DNA of 64,000 nucleotides. Origin: Lingula anatina (lineage: Eukaryota; Animalia; Brachiopoda). The notes beneath the pieces are model-generated. The model was not told where the DNA came from. It was given only the letters and a program-made list of their open reading frames with translations, and searched no databases. Below, in pieces: positions 11,901 to 25,642 of the stretch. The stretch lies in contig CM120640.1 of the NCBI GenBank assembly GCA_051362555.1, forward strand, positions 32,259,967-32,323,966. The letters are read 5' to 3'. A program made the position numbers and the translations under genes. Positions within the stretch are counted from its first letter, which is position 1. Every line of letters starts with the position of its first letter.

Positions 11901-14900
11901 CAATTCCAATTTAAAAGAGTCCAAATAACTATGTATAGCAGTGTATACAGTAGCTGTAAGCTTCTGTTCATTTGAACAGCAATTGCATCAGTCATGAAGT
12001 CTGTGCAATATACTGCAAATTGGCAGTTCAAGAAAAAAAAAAAGGTTCTGCAACAGACTGGAAAATGCACTTTCAAAAAACAAAACTTACTCTTACAACA
12101 ACAAATTTTTTTCAAAGAATGCATTCTAGGTCTTCAATTATGCCTCTCTCAGAGTTTGAATTGACTGATGGACACAGTTTACAGGTAGACTTTAAACATC
12201 TTCGATCAGTCTTGCTTCAAGATAGGCCTCCATTTCCAAACATTTTTAAATTGGACAACCCATTAGTTGTTTCACAATTGTACACATAAACATTGGCATA
12301 TCAAACAGACAAGTTTCTATCTTAAGCATTCAAAAAATTATAGTTAAATGGACATATAAATCTCTTTCCACTTTTACGGGAGGGGGGGGGGCTGTTTCTG
12401 AGCATACAAGGTCTGCAACTAAATTCTTCTGTCCTTACAAATATATGCAGTTACACAAACATTTTGTTTAGTCTGCCAGATGTTACAGAATCTGATCTCT
12501 CACCTGACATTGACCAGGTTATTGGTGAGCCTGGCTGCGGAATCTTTGCAATCTCCTCCATTAGTTGTGTAACGGAGTGCTAGAAAAACCACAGACATTC
12601 ATGGGTTTTGTAATAACTAGATATTTCATAATTCTTATGTCTTCAGAAAACCCTTAAATGATATTTCAATATTTGCATGATAATTACTGAGTTATAATTT
12701 GTTCAATTGTTTTTACAATTTCAATCATCACAAAAAAAGCAGGTTATTATATATGTGCACTTCACCATGAACTGTTCTGAAACTGAATTTTGAAATGGTC
12801 TGCAATTTCTGAATTAAGAAATCAAAAACTTACCCATAGAATAGAGATTATCAAACACCTGATGCATTCTGATCAGTTCATAGTAAAGCTCATCATAGCT
12901 GGTGGGGTTGGGAAGAAAAGTGTCTCCATATGTAATGAACAAATTGAAGATATTTATCACCTGAAAAAAATAATAAAATAATAATTTAAAAAAATAATCA
13001 CAATACTTTTCCTACAAATATAAACTTGCAGAAACAAAACGATGAAATCAATCTTGATCACAAACTGAGTCGCAATCATCAAAACATATACAAAGGGGAC
13101 TTCACAGGATTACTCTTTACTTCCTTATTGAAAAGCCTTCAAAACTAACTTATATTTGTTAAACTATGTCCAACAGGCTTTAAAGAAATGTTTAAACTTA
13201 TTTGTAATATAAAGGAGGTGCAACCTTTCATGGCCTCCATTCAGTCTGAAATAATTTCCCCCCTTTATGACAAAATATGACTCTAGAACACAGTAAAAGT
13301 TCCAATAGTCTTATTATTTATTAATGTTGCTTTGATGTCTTCTTTGTGTGCTAATATCAATTTACCATTGCAATAATGGCTTTTTTTTAAAAATCAACCT
13401 ATGACCGAATAAATTACAGATCAAAAGATTTAGGAAAGTAAGGAACTATTAAGTTAAACCTAGCTTTTGCAGAGTGAAAAAAAAACTGTTACACACTTAA
13501 GAAAACTACTGACAGGTGTATATCACCTACCACATGTATCAAGATAAACACATTTCATGCTGTTTATTTTTATATTATCATTATAAAACCATAACACCTT
13601 TGATCAAATGATGAAGTCCCATGTGAACATCATTAGCAGCTAGGGTTTATTCTGTAAATATCTTCATGATTAAAGAAGTTCAAAATGCTACTGAGCTTAT
13701 TCCAACTGGGAAAATATAGTCACAGTTAAGAGACATACTAACAAGAAATCAATGCTCTTGGCTCATTTTGTTAAAAATTATAATCATATGGGATACTGAA
13801 TAGGTTAATACTGAATAAAACAAGTATGCAGAGCACATAAGTGAGGGAAGTTCTGCCATTAAGTACATATCCCATGCATGTCTCTAGCTCTTCTATGTGC
13901 TTCAATACCAAGTACATCTCCCCCAACTTCCATCACAGAAGTAAATTACCTCTAAACACCAAAAGGCTATAATGTGGAGTACAATCAATTACACTAATCA
14001 CAACTGCTGGGTGTTCAACTTAAGCTTTAGCAACACAAAATCAATGGCTGGTGACTTAACAGAATTAATCAGACTGGTACTGATCAATAAATTGTGCTTT
14101 AAGCTATCGGGATTATCATAAAGGCACAATCAAGTTTTTTTTTTGCTTTTTAAGCTTAACTATAAAAAATCCAGCACTTCTCAATAAAAATGAGTGATTT
14201 GTTTGCCAGGCTTTTTTGCATAAACAGTTTTTTATGAAAAAAAAAAACATATATCATATAGAATCTTTAATTTAAAAAAAAATTTTAATACACATAGAGG
14301 AATTACATCATTTTTGTCCTGTTATAGAAAAATTGTTTTAGGGGTCATTTGAAGAAAAAAGCATGACACCACTTTCTCTTAATCAAAATTTGATCATCCT
14401 GTCAAAATCTTTAGGATGCCCTCAAAACTATCAGTCCCTTCTGCAAATACATCTGCATGATAACATGTCTTACAGGCACAGAAAAAATCTGCTCCTTCAC
14501 TTTTATTTTAGTGACACAGAGGTGTTTCAAAGATGGGTTGGTAATGTATGGAGTGGGAGTCATATTTGAATCATTTTTTAATTGTCAATCATTAACTTCT
14601 CCATTTATCAACTTTACCTCACATTTTTATTCTTCAAGTTTTTTTTTCTTTTTTTTCATTCAAATCATGTGCCTTTCTCAGCATGCTGAATGGTGTGGGT
14701 GGCACCATTAAAGTAGCTAAACTAAACGTATGGAGTCTTTCCAATGTTTCAGTCTATTTTACACTGCTAAACTATGAATCATGGGTCACTTCCTCATAAT
14801 TACAATTCTTAAAATGAAATTAAAAGATTCATGGTTGAAAACATATAATTCCATAATTATGTATAAAATGGACCTGGAATATGACATATATATCAAGGGA

Positions 14901-17731
14901 GATAAACACAAAAAAAAAATGAGAAAAATATCAGGAGCTAAGTATTACCAGAACAATACGGTCCATTACCCTCATAGGAAACATCAACAGTTATGACACA
15001 ACCTTCCAATTCACTTATCACTTTTAAAATAATTCAACCTAGAAAAAGCTATGACTTAACACAGAGCCACTGACACATTAGCACAAAAAGCTGCTTGAAT
15101 TGTGCCCTCCATATGTATCTATATTCTAATACTGAAGGATAAATATGTGTAATCACTAGGTGGGCATGTCTCTGCCATCCTGCATAATGCATGCACAGCT
15201 TCATTGATCAAAACTCCACAATCAATACTTCTTATTATGAGAACTGAAGTGGAATGTAGATCCTTTGTAAATAGACTTGATTAAAAAGTTTGTCCCCAAA
15301 ATTGAAAATGTAGAGCAGTTTGAAAATGTTCACTATTTTTAATGAGATTTTTGGAAACAACTATATTAATGAAGAAGTTGGGTAATCAGCATTACCACCT
15401 TCTCAATTCTAGAAATATATTTTAATCAAATATGCTCCTAGTGACAAGCCTTTGCATTTACCTATGAACAAATTCATCTAACTTTTATATGGTCATAGTC
15501 ATTTCCTTGTGAAAAAGACAAAAGACCCAAAAATGTCTACAAGTGCACTGCAAGTCACCATCTACCTGACTGACAGCATCCAATTTTGCCATAGTACATT
15601 TCAAGTCACAATGTGCAATCCTGAAGAATCTCCCTAGAGAATAATTGGATCAGTGGCACTCTGTCCCTCTTCATCAACCCTGCCATTAACAAAAATGATA
15701 TATTCTCCAAAGGATAATATCCCATCCCAGTTTACACACTTGGGAACTCATGGATACTAAATAATATAAAACATACAGACAAAGGAATGCTCAAAAATCA
15801 CAGAACAAAGTGGGCTTTTATCATAATTTTTTAATGATTGCAAATGCAGCTAGAAAGCACCAAATAATAAAAATAATTCAAAACTTTTTTAGTTTGGAAA
15901 TTAATGAAAAATGTAAAACCTGTAACCAGGAACGTTGTGAAATCAATATTTCTCTATCATCCCAAGTTCTGATGTAAGTGAGTTTAAATTGTCCAATTTA
16001 AAAGATGACATCTCAAGCTTTTTTTCCCTGGCATTTTATCTCAGAATATATGTCTAAGAGGAGTAATTCTTCATCTGCGATCTGACAGCCACTCACCAAT
16101 CAAATGATGAAACAAAAGAGAGGACACCAAGATATCAATGGCAGATTAATGAACTCGTTTAATAAAAAGGACAGTCATGAGTGCTTTTCTATGCTTTCAA
16201 AGCTTTCTTTGCCTTCCTCATTATCATGTACAATATATAGCAATAATATTTTAATATACCATCTTAAAGTTTGTAACATCCATGTGTATGGAGAAGATCT
16301 AGCCAGTTAACTTATCTACTGGACTTCATAGCAGAGGGGAAAAGACATTATGTGGATTATGCACTTGAAATGTACCTAACTGCATCTTCATGCTTTTTAT
16401 TTTTTAATTTTGCTTGGGGAAACAGAAAGAGCAGTCTTTGACAACAGTAACGACACTTTACTGACTATAATCAATCAATAAGAAACAGGGCCAACCATTC
16501 TAAATCAATTTGTCTGCTAGAAAATGTTTCCTACACTGGTTGCAATCACCAAAGAAAAATGAATATTTTCATTAACTAAAAATAAGTATCCAGAGACTGT
16601 ACTTTCCTTTGGAGAATTTGCAGAAAGTACTGGCATCCATGCACAGTTGCCGTCACTAGCAAAAGACCTGGGTTGACATTTACTAAAAGTTCATTAATCA
16701 GATTGGCCTGCATTCTGTAGGTTTTTTGTCCAGGGATATGAAGCACTGGTTGATGAAAATTGCAAGCAGCATTAATCAGGTTTATGTAAGAGGCAATGCT
16801 TCGTCAAATAAAAGAAATCTTACAATGAACGTGCCATTTCACAAAAGGACAGATTACCAGTGGATCATAATGAATGTATAAGGTGAACAAAGTGAAAATC
16901 TGCCAATTCATATAATATGACAGCAAGGTAACAAGATATTGTAGTATTGATAAAAAAGAGAAAAAAGTTACCACATTAATACTCCACAATATGATCCATA
17001 AAAACCAAAAACCATGATGAAATTATTTGAGAAATAAGCTGCTACAAACAGAACTGAAGACCACGATCTGATTGGCATGTTAAAAATACATTACAAGCAA
17101 AAGTCCCCTAAACACCAGCAGTACAAGCTTTTACTTTTCTCTTCCAGTCATCACAGTCACTTATGTTCTCCAGACTGTTGAGATGACTGACCACTACATG
17201 GTGTTATGTTCAATTATCAAAGGACTATCTGAAGTTTTTGAGCTTAGCTTTTATTGTAAATCTTAGTCGACTACATAACTTTAGGCTGACCTTGTGATAT
17301 TGGACTGAGAGCATCTCAAAAACATTTTGCCTGCAAAAAAACAACACCCAGATCATCGTTATTTCAAATTGGTAAATGGGATTAGTTTTTAAAAAACCAT
17401 ACAAATAAAGTGGAAGGCACTCTTTTTAGCTCTTTGTGAAATGGAGACAGTCTTTGCCAAGATAGATTTTGACTTAGGTAACCAATGTTTTTTAAAATCG
17501 GAATTAGGTATCTACAACTATATCTACAAGATGGATTTTGACTAAGGTAACCATTGTCTTTGTAAACCAGAATCAGATATCTACAACTAGGTCAGGATCT
17601 GGGCCAAAGCAACATCCAATAGTTACACAATAAGTCATTTCAACTCCAATCTCGGGAAAAATAGTAATCTAGATGACAACTAATCAGGACAATTTTCACT
17701 AGTGTTTCAAAAAATTCTCATTTTTCATAAA

Positions 17732-17794
<63 letters not shown>

Positions 17795-20700
17795 TCCTAC
17801 CTGAGTGGCAAGAGGGAAAATATTATATTTCTTCATTAAAGTGGTCTCATTGGACAGCAGAAACTTGAGCAGATTGATTAAAGCTAAAGGTACAAATAAA
17901 AAAGAAAGACTTGTTTATGCTTCATCATCACCAAATTTAATTAATTTTCTTTTCCACCCAAAAATCAAAACATTTCAAATCCTAAAAAAATTTTTAACTA
18001 AGTCTTTATATGTTTTTATCTTTTCATCTTGAAACAATTCAGGGTGGGATATAGCTAAGAGTAAAAATATACATATAATGTTAAGAAAATGGTGTCCTTA
18101 TTATGTGAGCTTACCTGTCCACAGGTCTTTCCACTGATACTGCATCCTGACTCGGCATTTTTTCTGATAACACAACACCCGGTGGATAGTGCCCAGACTT
18201 AACCTACAGCAAATAAAAAAAAAGCTTTCAACAGACATGAGCCTAGGTTAAAAAAAAAACTCTGAACATTTATCATGGGACCCAGCACCTAACCTTGACG
18301 TATCTCAGGAACCATCAGAATTGAATTAAAAAATGCGGATTTCCACTTTTCTGCGGAAAAAGTTAATTTCTGTTTAAAGCTTAAAGTAAGAGATAACAGA
18401 GTCTGAACTTACAGTATTGAAGAATAATTAACCTTTCCTTGTAGTAATGTACATGAACACATAAGTAAACTGATTTTAAATACAGACCAATGTATGGACT
18501 TAATCAAAGCAATATTTTCTATATTAATTGAAAGCCAACTTGGGTTTGCAACATCTACATCTACATTTTCCTTTAATTTATTTCTTACATGTGAAGTTCT
18601 ACTGGCATACTTTTCATCATGTGACTCATGGTAAACTCCACCATTAGATCTGGAATGTGTCAAAATTATATTCAATGCCAAGTTAAAACGATGCAGTTTT
18701 GATCATATTCACAGCACATGAAGGAGTTGTACTTATCCTTGAGGCTGCTAAAAACATGAAGGTTTGTTGTGAAGCTAACCTCTTGGAAAACATATCAAAA
18801 CTCACTGAAAAGACAAATATGCAGACAGATTTTATGTACACTAAATGCATGCTGTCCTTGTTTCCATTTTTTTCCACATCAAACATTTCCAAATGAAACT
18901 TTACAAAAAATCTCAAATTCTCATATATGGCATCAAACCTGTAATAAGTCAATAATGTTTTGTCACAAGCCATTTCAAAGTAAGTCAGTCTCCATCATTA
19001 TCTTTACATTTAAAAATGTTTAGTTAAGCAAAACAATCTTACCTAACAGAGCACCTGCCAAAGGCCTAGAAGGAGGAATCTTCTCTGTCGGAGTCTTCCT
19101 GTGTCTCATAGGCTACAAGCAGAATTGGCAAAATGCTAAATCCCAATCTGAGGCACACTCATTCAAGGTTGGTTTTTTAATTGCAAAAGTCATGACCTTC
19201 ATCATCTCAAAAGGAACTACTAGAAAGTAACATACTCTAAATAAATGATAAAAGTATCGAGTACTTACTGCTTTATGAATGGGAACTCTAAAATTCATAT
19301 TGGCATCATGCATCAAGGAGTTTGCATACTGGTCCTGGGAACAGAAGATTTCTCAAATTATCATCTCTACTGAGTAATCTGTGCTGAACAGTATAAATAC
19401 CCATCATTCTTAATCTTAAAACTCTGAAGAAGCTTTTATTTTTCATTGCAAGCTTATACCAGTATTCTGTTAACCACCAATGACTTTTACCTTTAAGACA
19501 AAATCACTACCAACACAGCTTAAAATCAGGCCCCAGTTTCACTAAAAAACTTAAGTCAGTTCCCTGGCTTAGTTGACTAGGATTTCCATGACAGTGCTGT
19601 TACATTGCTCCTGATTGGGTAAGATGTGCCCATGTAACCACGTAACCATGGTACTTAAGTTCTTCAAAATACCCACCTCTGCTATACATGTCAATATGAC
19701 CAGGCACAACTTGGCATTATCAAATCTGGTTTCATCTTTAGTGTTTTGCATGATGATAGAAGTGTACTCGAGGAAAGTGACAAGAAGACTGGTAGGCTGA
19801 TCATGGGCAGACAAGTCCACATTGCCTGATAGTGCAGCATCAGTGCCTGAAATAATAATAATAAATGTGAATCTGATTTCCAGAACAATTTTCTTTTATA
19901 AGTAAGATGCCTCACAGAGGTGAAAGATAATATATATATTGATATACATATGAAACTATTATAAGATCTTTCAAATGACTCTAATGCAATACCATGATTA
20001 AAATACTTCAAGGAAGAGAGCCCTCTCAGTTGACTCAGTTGAGCAAATGGCATTGTTAACTAAAACCTTGAGTCTAGCAATCCTGACGTAGGAGGGTTTA
20101 ACATGAACAGAATATTTCACAAAACATGCAACAAGGCTAATACTGTAACTGACAAGGCTACCAAACAGAGCCCTTCCTTGCAACAATACCTGTCCCAATA
20201 TTATTTGATAAAAACCTACCTTCCAGCACGGGTGACTGTGGAGTAGCAGGAGACTGTGGAGGAGTGGTGGGTGCTGACGCTGTATGAACCTGAAGCATGA
20301 TGGATATGACACACATCTGATAAGATGGGATGTAAAGAATGCCACTAGCTAATGTGAATAAACTCGACCCCTCCAGAGCATTCATCATTAGATTAAAACT
20401 CCTCTTGCTCCTTGCCCAGGATTTTAATTTTATTATATTAATCTTTTTTATTGAAAGATGTCATTTAAAATGAAATATATTCAGAATGTACAAGTATGCT
20501 ATTTCAGTTAAAATAATATTTTGAAAAAGCCTTATCCCAAGAATAGGCCTTTGGAAAACTGCTGGTTAATATCTTTGGATTATAATGTACTAGTACTCAC
20601 ATGAGTCAAAGTGGTGATAAAATTCCTGTTCAAATGGACAGCTTCATACAGTGCCAGTAACATGGAGTCGTTGGCCCTGAAAGACAAATTTTCAACTTAT

Positions 20701-23700
20701 AGAATACTTTAAAAGTCCACGTGTTCTGCTGACTGCAACTCCTGTTATCTATATTTAATCAATTATTCGTACCATGTTTCTCTCTATTAAACATGAGATT
20801 CTAACAATATGAACAGTTTTTTCCTGCAAGAAACATTTTAAAATTTTAAAGAGAATAGCAAAGAACCATACTTGATAGCCTCTGTTGTAGCTTCTTCTGC
20901 AACAAACATGCTCCCAACCTGTTAATAAACGAGTAAATAAAATATCTGAGTTTTAACACATTTCACAAAATATCTTTATTTAGTAGTTAAGACTTTTCAA
21001 ACCTTTTACATCTCTGTTGTAATCCACTGAAATGTTTACAAGGAGGTAAGCTTTCATGCATAAAAAAAACAATGAATTTAATTACTTAACATCAATATTA
21101 ATAAGTTTGATAAATATCTATTTAATTGATAAAAATTAAATATCAAAAACACCTAATGACTACTAGTTTATCACATGAGGCATCTTAGAGAACTTGGTTC
21201 ATCCTATGAATATTCATGGCTTGTCAAATGTTGAAAGGATTCAATAAAATGAAATCACACTGCACGCAAGAAACCAATCTTCTATATTTTAAGGTATTTC
21301 CCTTTGAAGGCGATCCTTCACAAAGGTCATATGGGATGTGATGAACGGGTTAATCATGTTTTTACATGAGATGTGCTCCCCTTCACTTGTTACGCATGAG
21401 TACATTAGCCTTCTGATCCCATTTTGAAGGATCCTTCCGTCATGCTCCATGTGGTATGCTCACACATTGTCTCCTAAGATACCTTATTACTAGGTGATTT
21501 ACACTATTAATGCCAACTGACTCATTATTCTACTTGTGCATGTTTCATCTGTTAAGTTCTCAAGATTTAGTGCAAAAGTTTTTTCATCATCTGATCACTG
21601 TCTATTGATTATAAAAAAGTGAAACATTTCTAGAGACTAAACACATTTTACCTAAGCCTCACAGGTAAAAACATTTAATCTCTTTAGAAAACATTTATTT
21701 TTTACCACTTTCTCAGATTGCAACTTGTTTTGATATATAGTCATAAAAATTTTTGGAACCTATGTATACTAAGTAGAATTATCTTACTACGCAAATCAAT
21801 GACTAAATATCTGACATTTCAAAGTGAACAAAGGGGGAAACTAAACTGTTGACCTTACCATATTTGTGAAGGCTGAGAAAAAGCCACCACTACTTTGGTG
21901 TTCTGTTTTTCTGCTTTGATAACACCTGCAATTAACATCATTATAATTAATTTTGGTTGAAATAAAAGAACAAAATTAGTTATTTTTATCTATAAGCAAT
22001 CTTCAAAACTTTTTGTTCAGTCTGATTTACAAATCCAAATAACATTTTCTTGCCATCATCATGTATGAACATTTAATTTTAAAGATTTTACAAATAATAA
22101 CAATTATTATTATTATTACTATTATTATTATTATTGTTATTATATACTGCCTCCTTAAATGACCTACCTGTTAAACTCTGTTAGACTAGAAGATACAACT
22201 TGAGCATATCCCTAAAAAAAGAAACAAAATATCAGAAAAAATGGATAAATAGGCATGTGTTATGATCACAGAAGTTAAAAGAAAAAGGTCATGGAAATTC
22301 CCATATTCTATTTTATGATACAATCTTTTTGAAGACTTTTAGACATTACACAAAAAAAAAATTGTTTACAAAAGTTTTACAGGAGTGCTTTATCGTATCA
22401 CACACTCCTCACACTGACAAGCATATACTTACATTCAAAGCCAGCTCATCATCTAATATTGATAGCTTCACAATGTATGGATTGGCAGACTACAAAACAA
22501 ACAAATAAACATTTAACTTAGTTCAACTTTCTGTACATGGTTTAACCTTTACTTTCATACACTATTATTTAAAAAAAAAAACACCTTCAAACTGTACCAT
22601 TTAATCCCAACTCCTCAGATCCCACAAAAACATTTTTGTACTTAATTCAAAGTATGATTAGTCAACTTGATTAATACAAAAATTTGTATCATAAAATATA
22701 TAATTCTATTTATACGAGTTAAGCAAATAAGCAAATAAAAATGGGATTATTTTCTCTTGGGACAACAGACTGTAGATTGTGCTCCTAGTTGTATTATTCC
22801 AATGAATTGGGTTTAATTTGAAATAGTAGAACTAATTAAGTAGAGTGAACAGGTCTATCATTCACTATTTTGACATAGAGTCAATGGGTGTGTTGAGAGA
22901 GTGAATCTAGAAAAGATTAGAGATTAGAAATTTCAAGCCATCACTGAATTAAGGTAAAGAAGATTAAGATAGAAGGTGCTACAAAGTAGCAAAGGTATTA
23001 CACAACTGAGTCTGATCATTAGACTAGATTTAAATGTAAAAATCTGCATTATAAAACAATCATCATAAATGAGTACACTGCACACTCATCTGATATGGTA
23101 TGGTGACTGAACCTATGATCAACTAACCTCATATTTCCTATATTGCACAAGTAAAGTGAGAAGTAACACTGCATCATGACCATGGATTTGTCTGGACAAT
23201 GGATTGGCTAGAAGCTAAACAGAATTCAATATTAAATCCATACAACTGGCATAAAATATTTTAAAATGTGCACGGCTTATATAAGTAGTCAAGTACATAT
23301 AATACATGCAGCCTTTACATTGATCTTAAATTTAAGTTGTTACTGTTATGAGTCAATATTAAAACAATGACATTCAAAATACAACACAAGTAAAAATTGA
23401 TTAAACATCAAATGAAAAAGTTGTAATGAGCATGAAAGTCCAAATACCTGAATAATTGCTTCGAATACACTGTTTATCATCACATATTCCAACATTGTAT
23501 TTTGACTCACATTATCAGTAGCCTTAAAAAAATAAATAGACAAACATTTTATCAATGTTCACACTATTGAAATATTTGAAAGCAACAGTAGCCAAAGGAC
23601 TTCTCAAATAACCTATTTAATATGAAAAATAAGATTATGTAAAGAAAATTCAAAACAATACTTATGCATGATAAAAAATTTATCTTTATAAGGATTATAG

Positions 23701-25642
23701 ATAAAAAAAGATCATATTTGGTCTAGCATACCATGACTCAGACTTACAGTGACTAAAGTCAGTAAAAGCTTGAGAGATACAGATTTCAGGCTGGCAGGAC
23801 TTTCCCCAGTGAGAATGGTGTGAAGAGTTTCCACAAGAGTCTGAAATATTTGACAGAGAGAGTATCATTTACTAGTATAATATTATACACATATAGAACA
23901 ACATCATCCTTCTCAGACACAATTGCTTAACGTTTTATTTGAGCTCTCCTTTTCTATTAAAAAGAAATGTTGTTCTCTTGGTGACAATTGAGTATGCCTT
24001 AAAATCCTTTAATGAAACAAACCTGCATCAATACTTCAGCTGAATCAAACCCCAGTAGGATATTGATGACATCAAAGCCATAGTTGCCCAAACTCTTTTT
24101 AAACACGCCTCTAATGAGTGCAGCCACAGTCTAAAACAAGACAACACCATTAAGATACAAGTAATTTTAAAAATTATTACAAAAATTTCTGGTCATGATT
24201 CCCAAAGGGAGAAAAGTCTAAACTGGTGAAAAAAATTAGAGAGTAGAAAATTACTTTTAAAATAATCATTGTAGGAAATACATTCATTATTACATGACAT
24301 ACTTTCCATAGGCAAGTTAAACTAAGAAGTATGCAATACAATACAACATAAGTTAAACTAAGAAGTATGCAATGCAATACAACATAATTGTAATCAAAGA
24401 AAAGAGTTCATAAGATTCCCCATTTACCTGCATTGCATGGGCTGTTCTAATGGGATGGTCCTGTTTCATTGTTTGGATACAATGATAACACAGTGTGTTT
24501 ACATTATCCTACAAAATAACATGAGATGTATTGTGAGAACTAACAGTGTAGAGAGAAATCAACATCAAATATAAAAAATAACAGGTTGAGTTCTAAAACT
24601 TCTAACAGATAGACATGTTATTATCTACACAAGAATCACTGCCAGTGACCCATAAAATACAGTTATTCCACCTTGATCTTATATCATTTTGTTTAATACT
24701 TTAATTTTTGAAAGACTAAGAACAGCAGAATTTTCGTACTACAAGTAAAATGTCTTATTGTAGTATTTTCAAAAATTGTCCTAGACCAAATACTCTCCAG
24801 AAAACCTACATCTTACAAACTAATTAAATTTTGACCATTTCTATCAATATCAATATTCTATCTAAGAAATGAACAAAACCATTTCCTACCTTTAAAGCCA
24901 GTAACTGCTCGCCTGATAAGCTTTCAAATTGTTTTTCAATGTATGGAGAATTCACCTGATAGAAAAAAAATAAATTTCATTAATTTTTTATCAATTTTGT
25001 ATTTCAAGCATGTGAATACCATGACAAATCACTTTTCTAAATATGTAATGACCGACTTAAAACAGCAAATAGTGTACAGTGAGTAATATGTAATCACACA
25101 TTCTGCTGGTCTATCACTCATATCTATGAATCATGTAGTTATACACTAGTAGTTTACAACATAAATGTGACATAAAGAATTCTGAAAATCAAAAAGTCAA
25201 ACAAACCAACCTTTAAAAGAAATAGTTCATCCCAAAAGTTGCGATTTCCCAGAGAGGGGTCCTCTCCCTAAAAGAGATAAATATGAAGTGTATATCTTCT
25301 ATTCCACACCTTTTGTCAAAAACATGTCATGTTTCAATCATAATAAAAACACTATTAATCTAAATGCTTTAAGTAAACTTAATCAGCTATAGTTCTAAAG
25401 GATGAGTAAATTTCAACATAATAATAAATACTAAATTCATTGCAAATTTTGATGCATTTTAATAGGTTTAGTTCAGAATACAAAAAAAAAAGCACTAAGA
25501 ATACATTAAAACACATGATCCACACCTTGAAGAAAGCCTCATATATCTGAACTGCCTTCTCCTTCAAAGCCATCTTGTGAGATGACCCCTTTCTTAGCAA
25601 GCTGGGATGAGCTTTAGTCTCCTTGGCTACCACTTTGCTCAT
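8840..25642 (-). CDS. ARMH3: Armadillo-like helical domain-containing protein 3 (C10orf76/ARMH3, PI4KB/GBF1-associated Golgi protein); 25 coding exons, 2082 nt, 693 aa
   Basis: All 25 exons have GT-AG boundaries and matching phases, giving one open frame from [10 protein letters not shown]... to ...QEFSTIRQ*. Motifs closely match recalled human C10orf76 ([80 protein letters not shown]). Confidence 0.96.
10459..10575 (-). CDS. ARMH3: ARMH3 coding exon 24
   Basis: AAG|[39 protein letters not shown]|GTGAG. Confidence 0.95.
11732..11810 (-). CDS. ARMH3: ARMH3 coding exon 23
   Basis: TAG|[26 protein letters not shown]|GTAAG. Confidence 0.95.
12504..12579 (-). CDS. ARMH3: ARMH3 coding exon 22
   Basis: TAG|[24 protein letters not shown](R)|GTGAG. 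Confidence 0.93.
12834..12960 (-). CDS. ARMH3: ARMH3 coding exon 21
   Basis: CAG|[42 protein letters not shown](A)|GTAAG. Confidence 0.96.
17458..17589. repeat. Two-copy ~70-bp tandem duplication in ARMH3 intron 20
   Basis: caagat(a/g)gattttgact(t/a)aggtaacca...tatctacaacta occurs twice in tandem. Confidence 0.8.
17733..17792. repeat. (CA)30 microsatellite
   Basis: Perfect dinucleotide run next to the ARMH3 exon 20 donor. Confidence 0.97.
17801..17883 (-). CDS. ARMH3: ARMH3 coding exon 20
   Basis: TAG|[27 protein letters not shown]|GT. Confidence 0.94.
18115..18203 (-). CDS. ARMH3: ARMH3 coding exon 19
   Basis: TAG|[29 protein letters not shown](A)|GTAAG. Confidence 0.94.
18589..18649 (-). 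CDS. ARMH3: ARMH3 coding exon 18
   Basis: CAG|[19 protein letters not shown](M)|GTAAG. Confidence 0.93.
19043..19112 (-). CDS. ARMH3: ARMH3 coding exon 17
   Basis: TAG|[23 protein letters not shown](D)|GTAAG. Confidence 0.93.
19269..19334 (-). CDS. ARMH3: ARMH3 coding exon 16
   Basis: CAG|[22 protein letters not shown]|GTAAG. Confidence 0.94.
19677..19846 (-). CDS. ARMH3: ARMH3 coding exon 15
   Basis: CAG|[56 protein letters not shown]|GT. Confidence 0.93.
20220..20289 (-). CDS. ARMH3: ARMH3 coding exon 14
   Basis: CAG|[23 protein letters not shown](G)|GT, Pro/Thr-rich linker as in the human protein. Confidence 0.88.
20601..20676 (-). CDS. ARMH3: ARMH3 coding exon 13
   Basis: CAG|[25 protein letters not shown]|GTGAG. 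Confidence 0.95.
20872..20918 (-). CDS. ARMH3: ARMH3 coding exon 12
   Basis: CAG|[15 protein letters not shown](K)|GT. Confidence 0.9.
21859..21925 (-). CDS. ARMH3: ARMH3 coding exon 11
   Basis: CAG|[22 protein letters not shown]|GTAAG. Confidence 0.92.
22168..22211 (-). CDS. ARMH3: ARMH3 coding exon 10
   Basis: TAG|[14 protein letters not shown](R)|GT, phase 2 end. Confidence 0.9.
22433..22489 (-). CDS. ARMH3: ARMH3 coding exon 9
   Basis: TAG|[19 protein letters not shown]|GTAAG. Confidence 0.94.
23128..23214 (-). CDS. ARMH3: ARMH3 coding exon 8
   Basis: TAG|[29 protein letters not shown]|GT. Confidence 0.93.
23448..23522 (-). CDS. ARMH3: ARMH3 coding exon 7
   Basis: AAG|[25 protein letters not shown]|GT. 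Confidence 0.94.
23748..23840 (-). CDS. ARMH3: ARMH3 coding exon 6
   Basis: CAG|[31 protein letters not shown]|GTAAG. Confidence 0.93.
24023..24130 (-). CDS. ARMH3: ARMH3 coding exon 5
   Basis: TAG|[36 protein letters not shown]|GT. Confidence 0.93.
24428..24508 (-). CDS. ARMH3: ARMH3 coding exon 4
   Basis: TAG|[27 protein letters not shown]|GT. Confidence 0.92.
24890..24955 (-). CDS. ARMH3: ARMH3 coding exon 3
   Basis: CAG|[22 protein letters not shown]|GT. Confidence 0.92.
25211..25267 (-). CDS. ARMH3: ARMH3 coding exon 2
   Basis: TAG|[19 protein letters not shown]|GT. Confidence 0.93.
25526..25642 (-). CDS. ARMH3: ARMH3 coding exon 1
   Basis: [39 protein letters not shown], then GTGTG donor. 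Confidence 0.9.
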
